32,000 nucleotides of DNA, from the NCBI RefSeq assembly GCF_000007985.2, contig NC_002939.5:2520001-2552000 (forward strand), in the 5' to 3' direction. Origin of the DNA: Geobacter sulfurreducens PCA (GTDB taxonomy: Bacteria; Desulfobacterota; Desulfuromonadia; Geobacterales; Geobacteraceae). The position numbers and the translations under genes are program-made. Shown here piece by piece: positions 16,486 through 27,959 of the stretch. Within the stretch, counting starts at the first letter, position 1, and each line of letters starts with the position of its first letter. The notes beneath the pieces are model-generated. The model had not been told where the DNA came from. It did not search any database and saw nothing but the letters and a program-made list of their open reading frames with translations.

Positions 16486-18252
16486 TCAAAAAGGCCAGAA
16501 GCGCGGAATGAATATCGTCGCCAGAACCCAAAAAAGAATATTGAGTGGCGTTCCCACTCGCAGAAAATCAGCATACCTGAACTGGCCTGGCCCATAGATC
16601 AGGGTGTTGGTCTGGTAGCCGACCGGGGTCATGAAACTGGCTGAAGCGGCAAAGGTGATGGCCATGAGGAAGGGGCGGGAATCAACCCCGTATGCCTCGG
16701 CTGAAGCGATGGCGATGGGAGCCAGCATGGCTGCCGTCGCATTATTGGACATCATCTCGGTCAGCAGCGACGTCGCGAGGTAGAAGGCCGAGACCAGGGC
16801 CACGGGCCCCCATGTCCCCACCGTCTCAACCAGGTAGCCCGCCAGGAGACGTGCTGCGCCGCTCTTTTCCAGGGCAGTCCCCAGGGTGAGAACTCCGGCA
16901 AGGAGAAAGATCACCTGCCAGTTGATGGCGCTGTAGGCCTCCTCGCGGGTCAGACAACGGGTCAGAACCATCAGGATGCAACCAACGATGGCTCCGGCCA
17001 CGATGGGAACCAGCCCCGTTGCCGCGGCAGCCACCACTGCAGCCACGATGGCAACAGCAGTGACCATCCTGCTTTTGCGGAAGACGGGGAGCTCAACCTG
17101 GGAGACCAGAACAAAGGTCTTGTCCTCCCGGAGATGGTCCAGGTGGTGCTGCTCCACCTCGAAGAGAAGAACGTCGCCCGCCCGCAGCTGCATCATTTCC
17201 AGGTCTTCCCTCATGAGCCGCCCCCTGTGGCGGACCGCAAGCGCCGTAAGGCCGTACCGGGAACGGAACCGTGCCTGTTTGAGACTTCGGCCGTCCAGGG
17301 TGGACCCCGGTGCCACCACCGCCTCCACCAGGACCGCCTCCTCTCCCGGCGCACGGCCCGAATCCTGTCGCAGGGCGATGCCGCGCCGCTCCTTGAGTTT
17401 CCTGAAATTCTCCAGATCGCAGCGGACCTTCAGATGATCGCCGGCCTGGAGCACGATCCGGTCGCCGGGCTCATCGAGGAGGGTCCCGTCCCTGAATACC
17501 TCCACGCTCCGGATCGAAATATCTTGCAGCAGCGGCGAATCGGCCAGCACCGATCCCACGGAGCGGGCCTCCGGCTCCAGCACGATCTCGGTCAGGTAAT
17601 CGCTGATGCCGAAGAGCCTTCGCAGGTCCTCCTCCCCCTTGCGCTCGGGAATGAGCCTCACGCCCACCAGCAGCATGTAGACACTCCCCGCTGCGAAAAA
17701 AATGAGACCAAGACCGCTCATCTCGAACATGCCGAAAGGTTCGAGGCCATGCCGGCCGGCAATGGAGGATACGAGAATATTGGTGGAGGTACCGATGAGG
17801 GTGCAAACCCCGCCGAACATGGAGGCAAAGGAGAGGGGCATGAGGAGCCTGCCGGCCGATACCCCCGTATCCCGAGCCACTCCCAGGGCAATGGGAAGAA
17901 AGATGGCCACTGCAGCCGTGTTGTTGATAAAGGCGGAGAGTACCCCCACCGCCAGCATCATAACTACCAGGACCAGCCAGAAACTCAACGCTCCCAGCCG
18001 GGCCAGGGTGATTCCCAGCAGGTTCACCGCGCCGGTCCTGAAAAGCCCCGCCGAAAGTATGAACATTGCCCCAACGGTGACTGTGGCCGGGTTGCTGAAA
18101 CCTCCGATGGCTTCTTCCGGGGCAATGATACCGGAAAGAAGGAGCGTTGCCATGAGAATGAGGGCGACGATGTCAACCGGAATCCGCTCCGTGGCAAAGA
18201 GGATTACCGCAGAGAGGACCAGGCCCAGCACGAGCAGAATCTCAATGGTCAC
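16486..18252 (-). CDS. SLC13/DASS-type (ArsB/NhaD superfamily) permease with two central TrkA-C domains
   Basis: 588 aa. Two polytopic membrane halves flank a soluble insert with TrkA-C-like repeats ([19 protein letters not shown]..., [17 protein letters not shown]...). The GTG start overlaps the upstream stop (GTGA). Confidence 0.85.
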   Translation of the reverse strand: MTIEILLVLGLVLSAVILFATERIPVDIVALILMATLLLSGIIAPEEAIGGFSNPATVTVGAMFILSAGLFRTGAVNLLGITLARLGALSFWLVLVVMMLAVGVLSAFINNTAAVAIFLPIALGVARDTGVSAGRLLMPLSFASMFGGVCTLIGTSTNILVSSIAGRHGLEPFGMFEMSGLGLIFFAAGSVYMLLVGVRLIPERKGEEDLRRLFGISDYLTEIVLEPEARSVGSVLADSPLLQDISIRSVEVFRDGTLLDEPGDRIVLQAGDHLKVRCDLENFRKLKERRGIALRQDSGRAPGEEAVLVEAVVAPGSTLDGRSLKQARFRSRYGLTALAVRHRGRLMREDLEMMQLRAGDVLLFEVEQHHLDHLREDKTFVLVSQVELPVFRKSRMVTAVAIVAAVVAAAATGLVPIVAGAIVGCILMVLTRCLTREEAYSAINWQVIFLLAGVLTLGTALEKSGAARLLAGYLVETVGTWGPVALVSAFYLATSLLTEMMSNNATAAMLAPIAIASAEAYGVDSRPFLMAITFAASASFMTPVGYQTNTLIYGPGQFRYADFLRVGTPLNILFWVLATIFIPRFWPF

Positions 18253-19337
18253 TTACACACTCCAGAAAAGGACAGGGCCTTTTGTCGGTTCCCGCACAAG
18301 ACACCGGCTGAGTTCTTCCTGAGAAGATAGTGGGATACGAACCATTCATTGCCTTCGCTGTACCCGAAGAGCTCAGAGCAGGCCATGAAAAATACCCGCC
18401 AGCGCTGGAACCAGACCGGAGCGTCGCCTTCGTAAACATCCCAGAAAATCTCCAGAATCTTCCGGCGCTCGGTATCCATCCGTTCAAGCCAGCCGTCACA
18501 GGTCCGCTGGTAATGACGGCCGCCCACTCGCCAGTGATCCTCAACCGCCAGGTGGTCATTGAAATAGAAGAGGAGATGGTCAGACGGCATGATGCCGCCG
18601 GTGAAGAAGTATCGGCCCATCCAGTCGTCTTCCCCATCGGTCTGGAACAGGTATGCCAGGGTTCGGTGGCAAAAAATGTGAACGAAAAGCCGCCCGTCGT
18701 CCTTCAGCCAGCCTGCGATGCGGCGCAGAAGCTCGGCGTAATTGCGCATGTGTTCGAACATCTCCACCGATACGACCCGGTCGAAGGTCTTCTCAATGGT
18801 GAAGTCGTTCATGTCGGCAGTGATGACCCTCACATTACCGAAGCCCCGCCCTCGACAGGCCCCTTGGATGAACTGCCGCTGGGGCGCAGAGTTGGAAACC
18901 GCCGTGATGCGGGCATCAGGATAGTGCTCGGCCATCCAGAGGGTCAGGGAACCCCACCCGCACCCAAGTTCAAGGATATCCATCCCATCGGCCAGACCGG
19001 CCCTTTGACAGGTGAGCCGCAACATTGCTTCCTCGGCGGTGGCTAAGTCATCGACGCCGGGGGGATAGAGGCAACAGCTGTACTTGCGGCGAGGCCCCAG
19101 AACGAGGGAGAAAAAGTCGGGAGGCAGCTCGTAGTGCTGCTTATTTGCGGCGCCCGTTTCCATTGCCAAGGGACTGTGGCTCAGTTGTTCGAAAAACTCA
19201 CGTTGGCGCGCTCGATCCGCCTCTGTGTCGCCGCAGCTCTCTTCCTGCAACCGCTTCATCAGAAGCCGCCGGATGCCGCTACGGATGACGGCGTCGGGAA
19301 GCATCCCGTGCTCCATGAGTGACACCATTCTGTTCAT
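18249..19337 (-). CDS. Cyclopropane-fatty-acyl-phospholipid-synthase (CMAS) family SAM-dependent methyltransferase
   Basis: [24 protein letters not shown] (CMAS hallmark block), SAM motif [12 protein letters not shown], and [13 protein letters not shown] overlap with the DUF1499 gene. Confidence 0.85.
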   Translation of the reverse strand: MNRMVSLMEHGMLPDAVIRSGIRRLLMKRLQEESCGDTEADRARQREFFEQLSHSPLAMETGAANKQHYELPPDFFSLVLGPRRKYSCCLYPPGVDDLATAEEAMLRLTCQRAGLADGMDILELGCGWGSLTLWMAEHYPDARITAVSNSAPQRQFIQGACRGRGFGNVRVITADMNDFTIEKTFDRVVSVEMFEHMRNYAELLRRIAGWLKDDGRLFVHIFCHRTLAYLFQTDGEDDWMGRYFFTGGIMPSDHLLFYFNDHLAVEDHWRVGGRHYQRTCDGWLERMDTERRKILEIFWDVYEGDAPVWFQRWRVFFMACSELFGYSEGNEWFVSHYLLRKNSAGVLCGNRQKALSFSGVCK

Positions 19338-19789
19338 GGTGCTGACCCCGCCGGGGAAAAGGCACGGCGGATATCCTCCATCCTGCCGCGGTTTTTACCC
19401 AAGTCTGAATAGCCCAGACGCGAGGCCGAACGGACGTGGATGACCCGCCGCCCCCGATCCAGGAGGAACTCTCCGTCATCCACGAAGAAGGTGGTGCGCA
19501 ACTCCACCCGCAGGTATTCCCCCGTCTGTTCGATGATGGTCGTGTCGCCCCGTGCTTCCAGGACCAGCATCAGGTGCGCGAAGGCCGCATCGGGATCCCC
19601 CGTGAACGCCAGGGGGGCGATCCGGTGCCGATCGTCGGACTCCTGGCTGGATACGCAGTTGGGGGATGAGGGGCAGGGGGACAGCCTCCCATCCCTCACC
19701 CCCAGGCTGGCGGGACGCTCACCGGCGCAGGCAGGCAAGAGCCCCGCCAGTATTCCTGCCAACATCGCCCTCACTGTCAGAAATTTCAT
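19334..19789 (-). CDS. DUF1499-family protein with signal peptide (possible lipoprotein)
   Basis: Signal MKFLTVRAMLAGILAGLLPAC, the DUF1499 hallmark SPCPSSPNCVSSQ, and the C-terminal RSASRLGYSDLGKNR block. Confidence 0.75.
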   Translation of the reverse strand: MKFLTVRAMLAGILAGLLPACAGERPASLGVRDGRLSPCPSSPNCVSSQESDDRHRIAPLAFTGDPDAAFAHLMLVLEARGDTTIIEQTGEYLRVELRTTFFVDDGEFLLDRGRRVIHVRSASRLGYSDLGKNRGRMEDIRRAFSPAGSAP

Positions 19790-19911
19790 TGATCATCCCC
19801 ATCGCGTGTTCATTCATGGGCCTCAGCGTGGCCGGCACCGTGGCCCCGGCTGCCACATCCATGGTCATATCCACCGGGCCGCTATTCTGGCACGGCATCC
19901 CAGCTTACCCT

Positions 19912-19928
19912 GATGGAACAATTCCATC
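19912..19928. promoter_or_regulatory. Perfect 7-3-7 palindrome GATGGAA-CAA-TTCCATC in the divergent intergenic region (candidate operator)
   Basis: Read directly from the sequence. It lies between the divergent starts at 19789 (-) and 20042 (+), about 60 nt upstream of the putative -35 at 19990. Confidence 0.3.
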
Positions 19929-19989
19929 TCCAGAACTATAGCAGACCGTCGGCGCTCCGCACGGCCACGGCAACTTTCCGCGTCCTCGC

Positions 19990-20017
19990 TTGCGTATACA
20001 CCGGCGACTGCTAGAAT
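19990..20017 (+). promoter_or_regulatory. Putative sigma70-type promoter (TTGCGT-16 nt-TAGAAT) for the twelve-gene operon
   Basis: TTGCGT at 19990-19995, a 16-nt spacer and TAGAAT at 20012-20017. AGGAG SD at 20031 and ATG at 20042. Confidence 0.3.
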
Positions 20018-20041
20018 CCAGAGTGATCACAGGAGCCGCCC

Positions 20042-20608
20042 ATGAAAGCACCCATCGTTATCCTCTGCCTTCTCTGCTTCGCCCTGACACCGCCAGCCGC
20101 TTCCCACGGCCGGAGCGTCCAGGGGGTGACCTTTCTCGAACGGATTCAGGCTGGTGATGCTACCCTCACCCTCCACAATGCCGCCTTGCTTCGCTACCTC
20201 AAGGTCATCAAGGCTTACGTGGCGGCCCTCTATCTTCCGGAAGGGGTTCCTCCCCAGCGGGTGCTGACCGATGTACCGAAGCGGTTGGAGCTCAGCTACC
20301 TGGTGTCAATCAAGGGAAGCGATTTCGGTAAGGGGGCCGAACCGGTTCTCAGGCGCAACCTTGCCGCCGAGGAGCTGGCGCGGTTGCGCAGCCGCATTGA
20401 CCGCATCAACGCCGCCTACCGGGACGTGAAGCCCGGTGACCGGTACGCCCTCACCTACCTCCCTGGCCGGGGGACGGAGCTCACCCTGAACGGCACGCCG
20501 CTCATCACCATCGAAGGGGCCGATTTCGCGGCAGCCTACTTCGGCATCTGGCTGGGCCGAAGGCCCATCGACGACACGCTGAAGAATGATCTCCTGGGGA
20601 GCGGCTGA
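20042..20608 (+). CDS. Secreted chalcone-isomerase-like (Chalcone_3-type) family protein
   Basis: Signal peptide MKAPIVILCLLCFALTPPAAS. Family-typical blocks VIKAYVAALYLPEG and FGIWLGRRPIDDTLKNDLLG. Confidence 0.75.
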   Translation: MKAPIVILCLLCFALTPPAASHGRSVQGVTFLERIQAGDATLTLHNAALLRYLKVIKAYVAALYLPEGVPPQRVLTDVPKRLELSYLVSIKGSDFGKGAEPVLRRNLAAEELARLRSRIDRINAAYRDVKPGDRYALTYLPGRGTELTLNGTPLITIEGADFAAAYFGIWLGRRPIDDTLKNDLLGSG

Positions 20609-20609
20609 G

Positions 20610-20957
20610 ATGAAGGCCCTCCTGACCACCATATGCCTTATTGTGCTGGCCGTCATGCTCTTCGTGACCGTCACCGCCTCCATCCACGAGGACGTGGTCA
20701 CCGCCGCCCGCCTCCTCTTACCGGATCCCTGGTTCCGCGCAACCCTGGCCGATGCCTACTTCGGATTTCTCTTTTTCTGGCTCTGGGTGGCTTGGCGGGA
20801 GCGAAGCGCGGGGCGGGCGGGGCTCTGGTTCATCCTTATCATGACCCTGGGAAATTTCGCCATGGCCGGCTATCTGCTCTGGCACCTGCGCCGATGGGAA
20901 CCGGCGGACGGTATCGGGAAGCTCCTCATGGGAGAGAGGCATGGAAACGGCCGTTGA
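20610..20957 (+). CDS. Small multi-pass membrane protein (tentatively DUF1475-like)
   Basis: 115 aa with three to four hydrophobic helices. The ATG at 20610 lies 1 nt after the upstream stop. The family assignment is from memory of the usual neighbourhood only. Confidence 0.55.
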   Translation: MKALLTTICLIVLAVMLFVTVTASIHEDVVTAARLLLPDPWFRATLADAYFGFLFFWLWVAWRERSAGRAGLWFILIMTLGNFAMAGYLLWHLRRWEPADGIGKLLMGERHGNGR

Positions 20958-21339
20958 GGTGCGGGCCCCGGCTGCGGCCGCCTGGGAACTGCTTACCGAT
21001 ACTCGGCGCTGGAGCGAGTGGGGGCCATCGGTCTCCGGGGTTGAGTGCCCGGAGCGCTTCATCGGCCCCGGCACGATCGGATGGGTACGGACGGTCGTCG
21101 GCCTGCGGCTCCCCTTCCGGATCACCGAGTTCGAGCCGGGGCGCCGCTGGTGCTGGTCGGTTGCCGGCATCCCCGCCACTGGCCACCGGGTGGAGCCACT
21201 GGGGCAGGAGCGGTGCCGAGTGGTCTTCGAGGTCCCGATGCCGGCTGCCCCCTACCTGGCAGTCTGCCGGGTGGCGGCCCTGAGAATTCGCTCCATCCTG
21301 GAGGGTGGAGGGGGGAAGGAAGGAGGGGCAGCATTGTGA
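20941..21339 (+). CDS. SRPBCC (START/polyketide-cyclase-like) ligand-binding protein
   Basis: 132 aa with a typical SRPBCC N-terminus, VEVRAPAAAAWELLTDTRRWSEWGP. It overlaps the upstream gene by 17 nt. Confidence 0.7.
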   Translation: METAVEVRAPAAAAWELLTDTRRWSEWGPSVSGVECPERFIGPGTIGWVRTVVGLRLPFRITEFEPGRRWCWSVAGIPATGHRVEPLGQERCRVVFEVPMPAAPYLAVCRVAALRIRSILEGGGGKEGGAAL

Positions 21340-22106
21340 CGGCGATTCTCCTGACTACCGCCGGATTCGTGCTCGCCTCTATGACCGGCTGGTTCGTTGC
21401 TTCCCGGCTGAAGGGGCGCAACGACATCGCCGACGTGGCTTGGGGGCTCGGGTTCATCCTGGCGGCGGCGGTCTCCCTCGTGGCCGGCGGCCACTACGCC
21501 CCCCGGGGCCTCCTGGTCTCCCTCCTGGTGCTGGTCTGGGGGGTGCGGCTCGCCCTTCACATCCACACCCGCAACCGGGGCAAGGGGGAGGATCCCCGTT
21601 ACCGGCAGTGGCGGGAGGAGTGGGGGCGCTGGTTCGTGCTCCGCTCGTTCCTCCAGGTATTCATGCTCCAGGGGGTGCTCCTGGTACTGGTGGCGGTGCC
21701 GGTGATCTTCGTCAACGGAGCGCCGCCGACACCGCTCGGATGGCTGGACAGCCTGGGCTTTTTCATCTGGCTCACCGGGTTCTTGTTCGAGGCGGTGGGG
21801 GACCGGCAACTGCTGCACTTCATCCGCAATCCGGAAAACAAGGGGCAGCTCATGACCGGCGGACTCTGGCGCTACACCCGCCACCCCAACTACTTCGGCG
21901 AGGTGACCCTCTGGTGGGGGATATGGCTCATAGCCCTTGCGGTTCCCGGCGGGTGGTGGACCGTCATCGGCCCCCTGGCCATCACGGTGCTGATCCTCAA
22001 GGTTTCAGGCATCCCGATGCTGGAAAAACACTACGAGGGACGACCCGACTTCGAGGAGTACAAACGCCGCACGAGCGCCTTCTTCCCCCTGCCGCCCCGG
22101 GGGTGA
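21336..22106 (+). CDS. DUF1295 / steroid-5-alpha-reductase-like membrane protein
   Basis: The GTG at 21336 overlaps the SRPBCC stop (GTGA), and AAGGAGG lies upstream. Hallmark blocks NDIADVAWGLGF, GEDPRY, GLWRYTRHPNYFGE and SGIPMLE. The 21045 start in the ORF track is an out-of-context extension. Confidence 0.85.
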   Translation: MTAILLTTAGFVLASMTGWFVASRLKGRNDIADVAWGLGFILAAAVSLVAGGHYAPRGLLVSLLVLVWGVRLALHIHTRNRGKGEDPRYRQWREEWGRWFVLRSFLQVFMLQGVLLVLVAVPVIFVNGAPPTPLGWLDSLGFFIWLTGFLFEAVGDRQLLHFIRNPENKGQLMTGGLWRYTRHPNYFGEVTLWWGIWLIALAVPGGWWTVIGPLAITVLILKVSGIPMLEKHYEGRPDFEEYKRRTSAFFPLPPRG

Positions 22107-22135
22107 TAAATGTTCCACCGAGAGGAGAAAGCTCC

Positions 22136-22507
22136 ATGAACCTTTACGAACTGTTCCAGCAACCGGGCCTGGGGGTCATGGCCACCGCCGCCCCTGACGG
22201 CAGCGTCAACACCGCCGTCTATGCCCGCCCCCACCTCATCGACGAAACCACCCTGGTCTGGGGGATGACCGACGGCCGCACCGTCCGCAACATCGCCCGG
22301 AATCCCCACGCCTCTTTTCTGTTCAAGGCGGGGACGCCGGGTTTCAGTGGGGTGCGGCTGGCCCTGGAACTGATCAGGACCGAAGAAGAGGGTGAGATGC
22401 TGGCCCACATCAAGGAGAACGCCGAAACCCTCGTCGGTCCGGGGACCGGCAATGCGGTCACCCATGCCGCCTGGTTCAGGGTGGTGGAAGTCAGACCATT
22501 GATATAA
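22136..22507 (+). CDS. Pyridoxamine-5'-phosphate-oxidase-like (split-barrel flavin-binding) family protein
   Basis: 123 aa. GAGGAGA SD lies before the ATG at 22136. PNPOx-like blocks are present (GVMATAAPDGSVNTAVY, RTVRNIARNPHASF). Confidence 0.7.
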   Translation: MNLYELFQQPGLGVMATAAPDGSVNTAVYARPHLIDETTLVWGMTDGRTVRNIARNPHASFLFKAGTPGFSGVRLALELIRTEEEGEMLAHIKENAETLVGPGTGNAVTHAAWFRVVEVRPLI

Positions 22508-22528
22508 ATAAAAATCGGAGGTACGTAC

Positions 22529-25297
<2,769 letters not shown>

Positions 25298-25309
25298 GGG
25301 GAGGACTTC

Positions 25310-25867
25310 ATGAAAACCCTGTTCATACTGGCAGTCGCCACGCTTCTTGCGGCCGGATTCGCCTGTCGCGCCGCCATGGCCGCATCGGCATCCCCCCCGC
25401 TCCTGACGGTTGAATATGTCGATCTGAACCGCTACGTGGGCACATGGTACGAGATCGCCCGCTACCCCAACAGCTTCCAGAAGGGGTGCCTGGGGAGCAA
25501 CGCCCACTACGCGCTGCGGCAGGACGGCGATATCGACGTGGTGAACAGCTGCCGCGATGTGGAGGATGGGGACATCCGCCGGGCAAAGGGGCGGGCGTGG
25601 GTGGTTGACAAAGCCTCCAACGCACGGCTCAAGGTCTCCTTTTTCTGGCCCTTCCGGGGGGACTACTGGATCATCGAATTGGGAAAGGATTATGAATACG
25701 CCGTGGTGGGCACCCCGAACCGTAAATACCTGTGGGTTCTCAGCCGCACGCCGGTTATGGACGACGACGTGTATGCTGCCATTATGGAACGGGTTCGGCG
25801 ACAGGGGTTCGATCCCGAACGAGTCATCCGCGAAACCAACACCACGCGAAAGAATGGTGCATCATGA
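25310..25867 (+). CDS. blc: Bacterial lipocalin (Blc-like)
   Basis: Signal peptide, then the lipocalin hallmark VDLNRYVGTWYEIARYPNSFQKGC, and YWIIELGKDYEYAVVGTPNRKYLWVLSR. Confidence 0.9.
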   Translation: MKTLFILAVATLLAAGFACRAAMAASASPPLLTVEYVDLNRYVGTWYEIARYPNSFQKGCLGSNAHYALRQDGDIDVVNSCRDVEDGDIRRAKGRAWVVDKASNARLKVSFFWPFRGDYWIIELGKDYEYAVVGTPNRKYLWVLSRTPVMDDDVYAAIMERVRRQGFDPERVIRETNTTRKNGAS

Positions 25868-27108
25868 ACATCGCCATTATCGGTGGCGGCATTGCGGGGC
25901 TGGCAACGGCGCATCTGCTCTGCGACGATCATCGGGTGACCCTCTTCGAGGCCAACGACTACCTGGGGGGGCACACCAACACGGTGGACGTCTCCCTGGA
26001 CGGCACCACCCTTGCCGTGGACACCGGCTTCATCGTCTTCAACGAACGGACCTATCCCAACTTCATCAGGCTCCTGGAACGGCTCAACGTCGCGTCCCGA
26101 CCGAGCGTCATGAGCTTTTCGGTCACCAGTGAACGGAATGGACTGGAGTACTGTGCCACAAACCTGGACACGCTCTTCGCCCAGCGCCGCAACTTCCTGA
26201 ACCGTCCTTTCTGGCGGATGCTGCGGGAGATTGTCCGCTTCAATCGGGAAGCACGGGAGCTCTACGACTCCCACGAAATGACCCTGACCCTGGGGGATTA
26301 CTTGAAAAACCGCGGATACTCGGTCACCTTCGTGGAGAACTTTCTGGTTCCCATGGGGGCGGCCATCTGGTCGGCAGACCCCAAGCGTTTTGCAATGTTT
26401 CCCGCCGCGGCCTTTGTCCGATTTTTCACCAATCACGGCATCCTGAACGTGGTCGACCAGCCCCGCTGGCGCGTCGTTGCCGGAGGCTCCCGGGAATATG
26501 TGGCACCGCTGGCCCGCCCGTTTCGGGACCGGGTCCGGCTCTCCACGCCTGTGGACCGGGTACGCCGCTTTCCTGACCGGGTGGCGGTGACGACCCGGGG
26601 AGGAGAGACCGAGTACTTTGACCAGGTGGTCCTGGCCTGCCACAGCGACCAGGCGCTGGCCATGCTGACTGACCCCTCCGATGCGGAGCGGGAACTCCTT
26701 TCCGCCATCCCGTACCAGGAAAACGATACGGTGCTCCACACCGACAGCCGTTTGCTCCCTGGCCTTCCCAAGGCCCGGGCCAGCTGGAACTGCCGCATCC
26801 CCCGGCATGAGCGGGACGGGGTCTTTGTTACCTACTGGATGAACAGATTGCAGTCCCTGGCAACATCGACGGACTTCTGCGTCACCCTCAACGGGACAGA
26901 GGCCATTGCTCCGGAGCGGATCATCCGCCGGATCACCTACCACCACCCGGTCTATTCTCCGGCCGCTTTCGAGGCCCAGAAACGCCGCGACGAGATCAGC
27001 GGAACCAACCGCACCTGGTATTGCGGCGCGTACTGGGGGTACGGCTTCCACGAGGATGGGCTCAACAGCGCCCTGGCAGTCTGCCGCCGATTCGGGAGGG
27101 GCCTCTGA
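25864..27108 (+). CDS. NAD/FAD-binding amine-oxidase-like oxidoreductase (UfaD-like class)
   Basis: ATGA overlap with blc. Rossmann motif IAIIGGGIAGLATAHLL...LFEANDYLGGHTNTV. C-terminal YCGAYWGYGFHEDG block. Confidence 0.85.
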   Translation: MNIAIIGGGIAGLATAHLLCDDHRVTLFEANDYLGGHTNTVDVSLDGTTLAVDTGFIVFNERTYPNFIRLLERLNVASRPSVMSFSVTSERNGLEYCATNLDTLFAQRRNFLNRPFWRMLREIVRFNREARELYDSHEMTLTLGDYLKNRGYSVTFVENFLVPMGAAIWSADPKRFAMFPAAAFVRFFTNHGILNVVDQPRWRVVAGGSREYVAPLARPFRDRVRLSTPVDRVRRFPDRVAVTTRGGETEYFDQVVLACHSDQALAMLTDPSDAERELLSAIPYQENDTVLHTDSRLLPGLPKARASWNCRIPRHERDGVFVTYWMNRLQSLATSTDFCVTLNGTEAIAPERIIRRITYHHPVYSPAAFEAQKRRDEISGTNRTWYCGAYWGYGFHEDGLNSALAVCRRFGRGL

Positions 27109-27959
27109 TGGGCACGACTGAGATGGGGGCCTGTCCGCCGTGGGATACGGCCTGCCTCAAGGCGCTGGAGATGGCCCCGGCTGCCCGGAGCGCACTCTAC
27201 GACGGCACGGTGAAACATCGAAGAACTACCCCGGTTGTCAACGAGTTCCGCTACAGCCTCTTCATGGTCTACCTGGATCTGGCGGAACTGGAGCTGGTCT
27301 TCGCCAACCGCCTGTTCTGGTCCGTGGAAGGCCACACCTGGGCCAGCTTCCGGCGCGCCGACCACCTGCGCCGGGAAGGCCCCCTTGACACGGCGGTACG
27401 TGACCTGGCCGAGGAGCAGCTCGGTTTCCGCCCCCCCGGCCCCATCGGCCTTCTGACCCATCTGCGCTACCTGGGATACTGCTTCAACCCCATCAGCATC
27501 TACTACTGCTTCGCCGCCGACGGCCAGCGGCTCGACGCCATAGTCGCCGAAGTCCACAACACCCCCTGGGGTGAGGAATACGTGCGGGCACTGGATACCC
27601 GAAGCGCCAAGCGGGAGGGGGAATGGTACCTGTTCGAGCTGGAAAAGGAGTTCCACGTCTCACCCTTCATGCCCATGGATATCCGCTACACCTGGCGCTT
27701 CACCGCTCCCGGCGAAACCCTGGCGGTTGAAATGGAGAACGAGCGGCAGGGAGAAATCGTCTTCTCGGCACGGCTTGACCTTGAACGGCGCCCCCTGACG
27801 GGGAAGAACCTGGCACGGTCCCTGGCACGCTGGCCCTGGATGACGGCGCGGGTCATAACCGCCATTTACTGGCAGGCCCTGCGCATCAGGCGAAAGGGGG
27901 TTCCGTTCTGCCCCCATCCGGAAAAACTCACCATCACGAAAGGGGCCTACCACCCATGA
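27108..27959 (+). CDS. DUF1365-family protein
   Basis: TGATG overlap with the upstream gene. Hallmark LYDGTVKHRRTTPVVNEFRYSLFMVYLDLAELE, then HLRYLGYCFNPISIYYC. Confidence 0.8.
   Translation: MGTTEMGACPPWDTACLKALEMAPAARSALYDGTVKHRRTTPVVNEFRYSLFMVYLDLAELELVFANRLFWSVEGHTWASFRRADHLRREGPLDTAVRDLAEEQLGFRPPGPIGLLTHLRYLGYCFNPISIYYCFAADGQRLDAIVAEVHNTPWGEEYVRALDTRSAKREGEWYLFELEKEFHVSPFMPMDIRYTWRFTAPGETLAVEMENERQGEIVFSARLDLERRPLTGKNLARSLARWPWMTARVITAIYWQALRIRRKGVPFCPHPEKLTITKGAYHP

Noticed and set aside
19888-19904. TGGCAC element resembling a sigma54 -24 box in the divergent region
   Set aside because: No GC dinucleotide or TTGC lies at the required -12 spacing. The sequence is TGGCACGGCATCCCAGC, with the GC displaced by 2 nt, so it does not fit TGGCAC-N5-TTGC.
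21045-22135. Long N-terminal extensions of the DUF1295 (21045) and PNPOx-like (21305) ORFs
   Set aside because: The extensions run through the SRPBCC and DUF1295 genes in other frames, and their translations are Pro/Arg/Gly-rich. SD-supported starts at 21336 (GTG) and 22136 (ATG) fit the family lengths.
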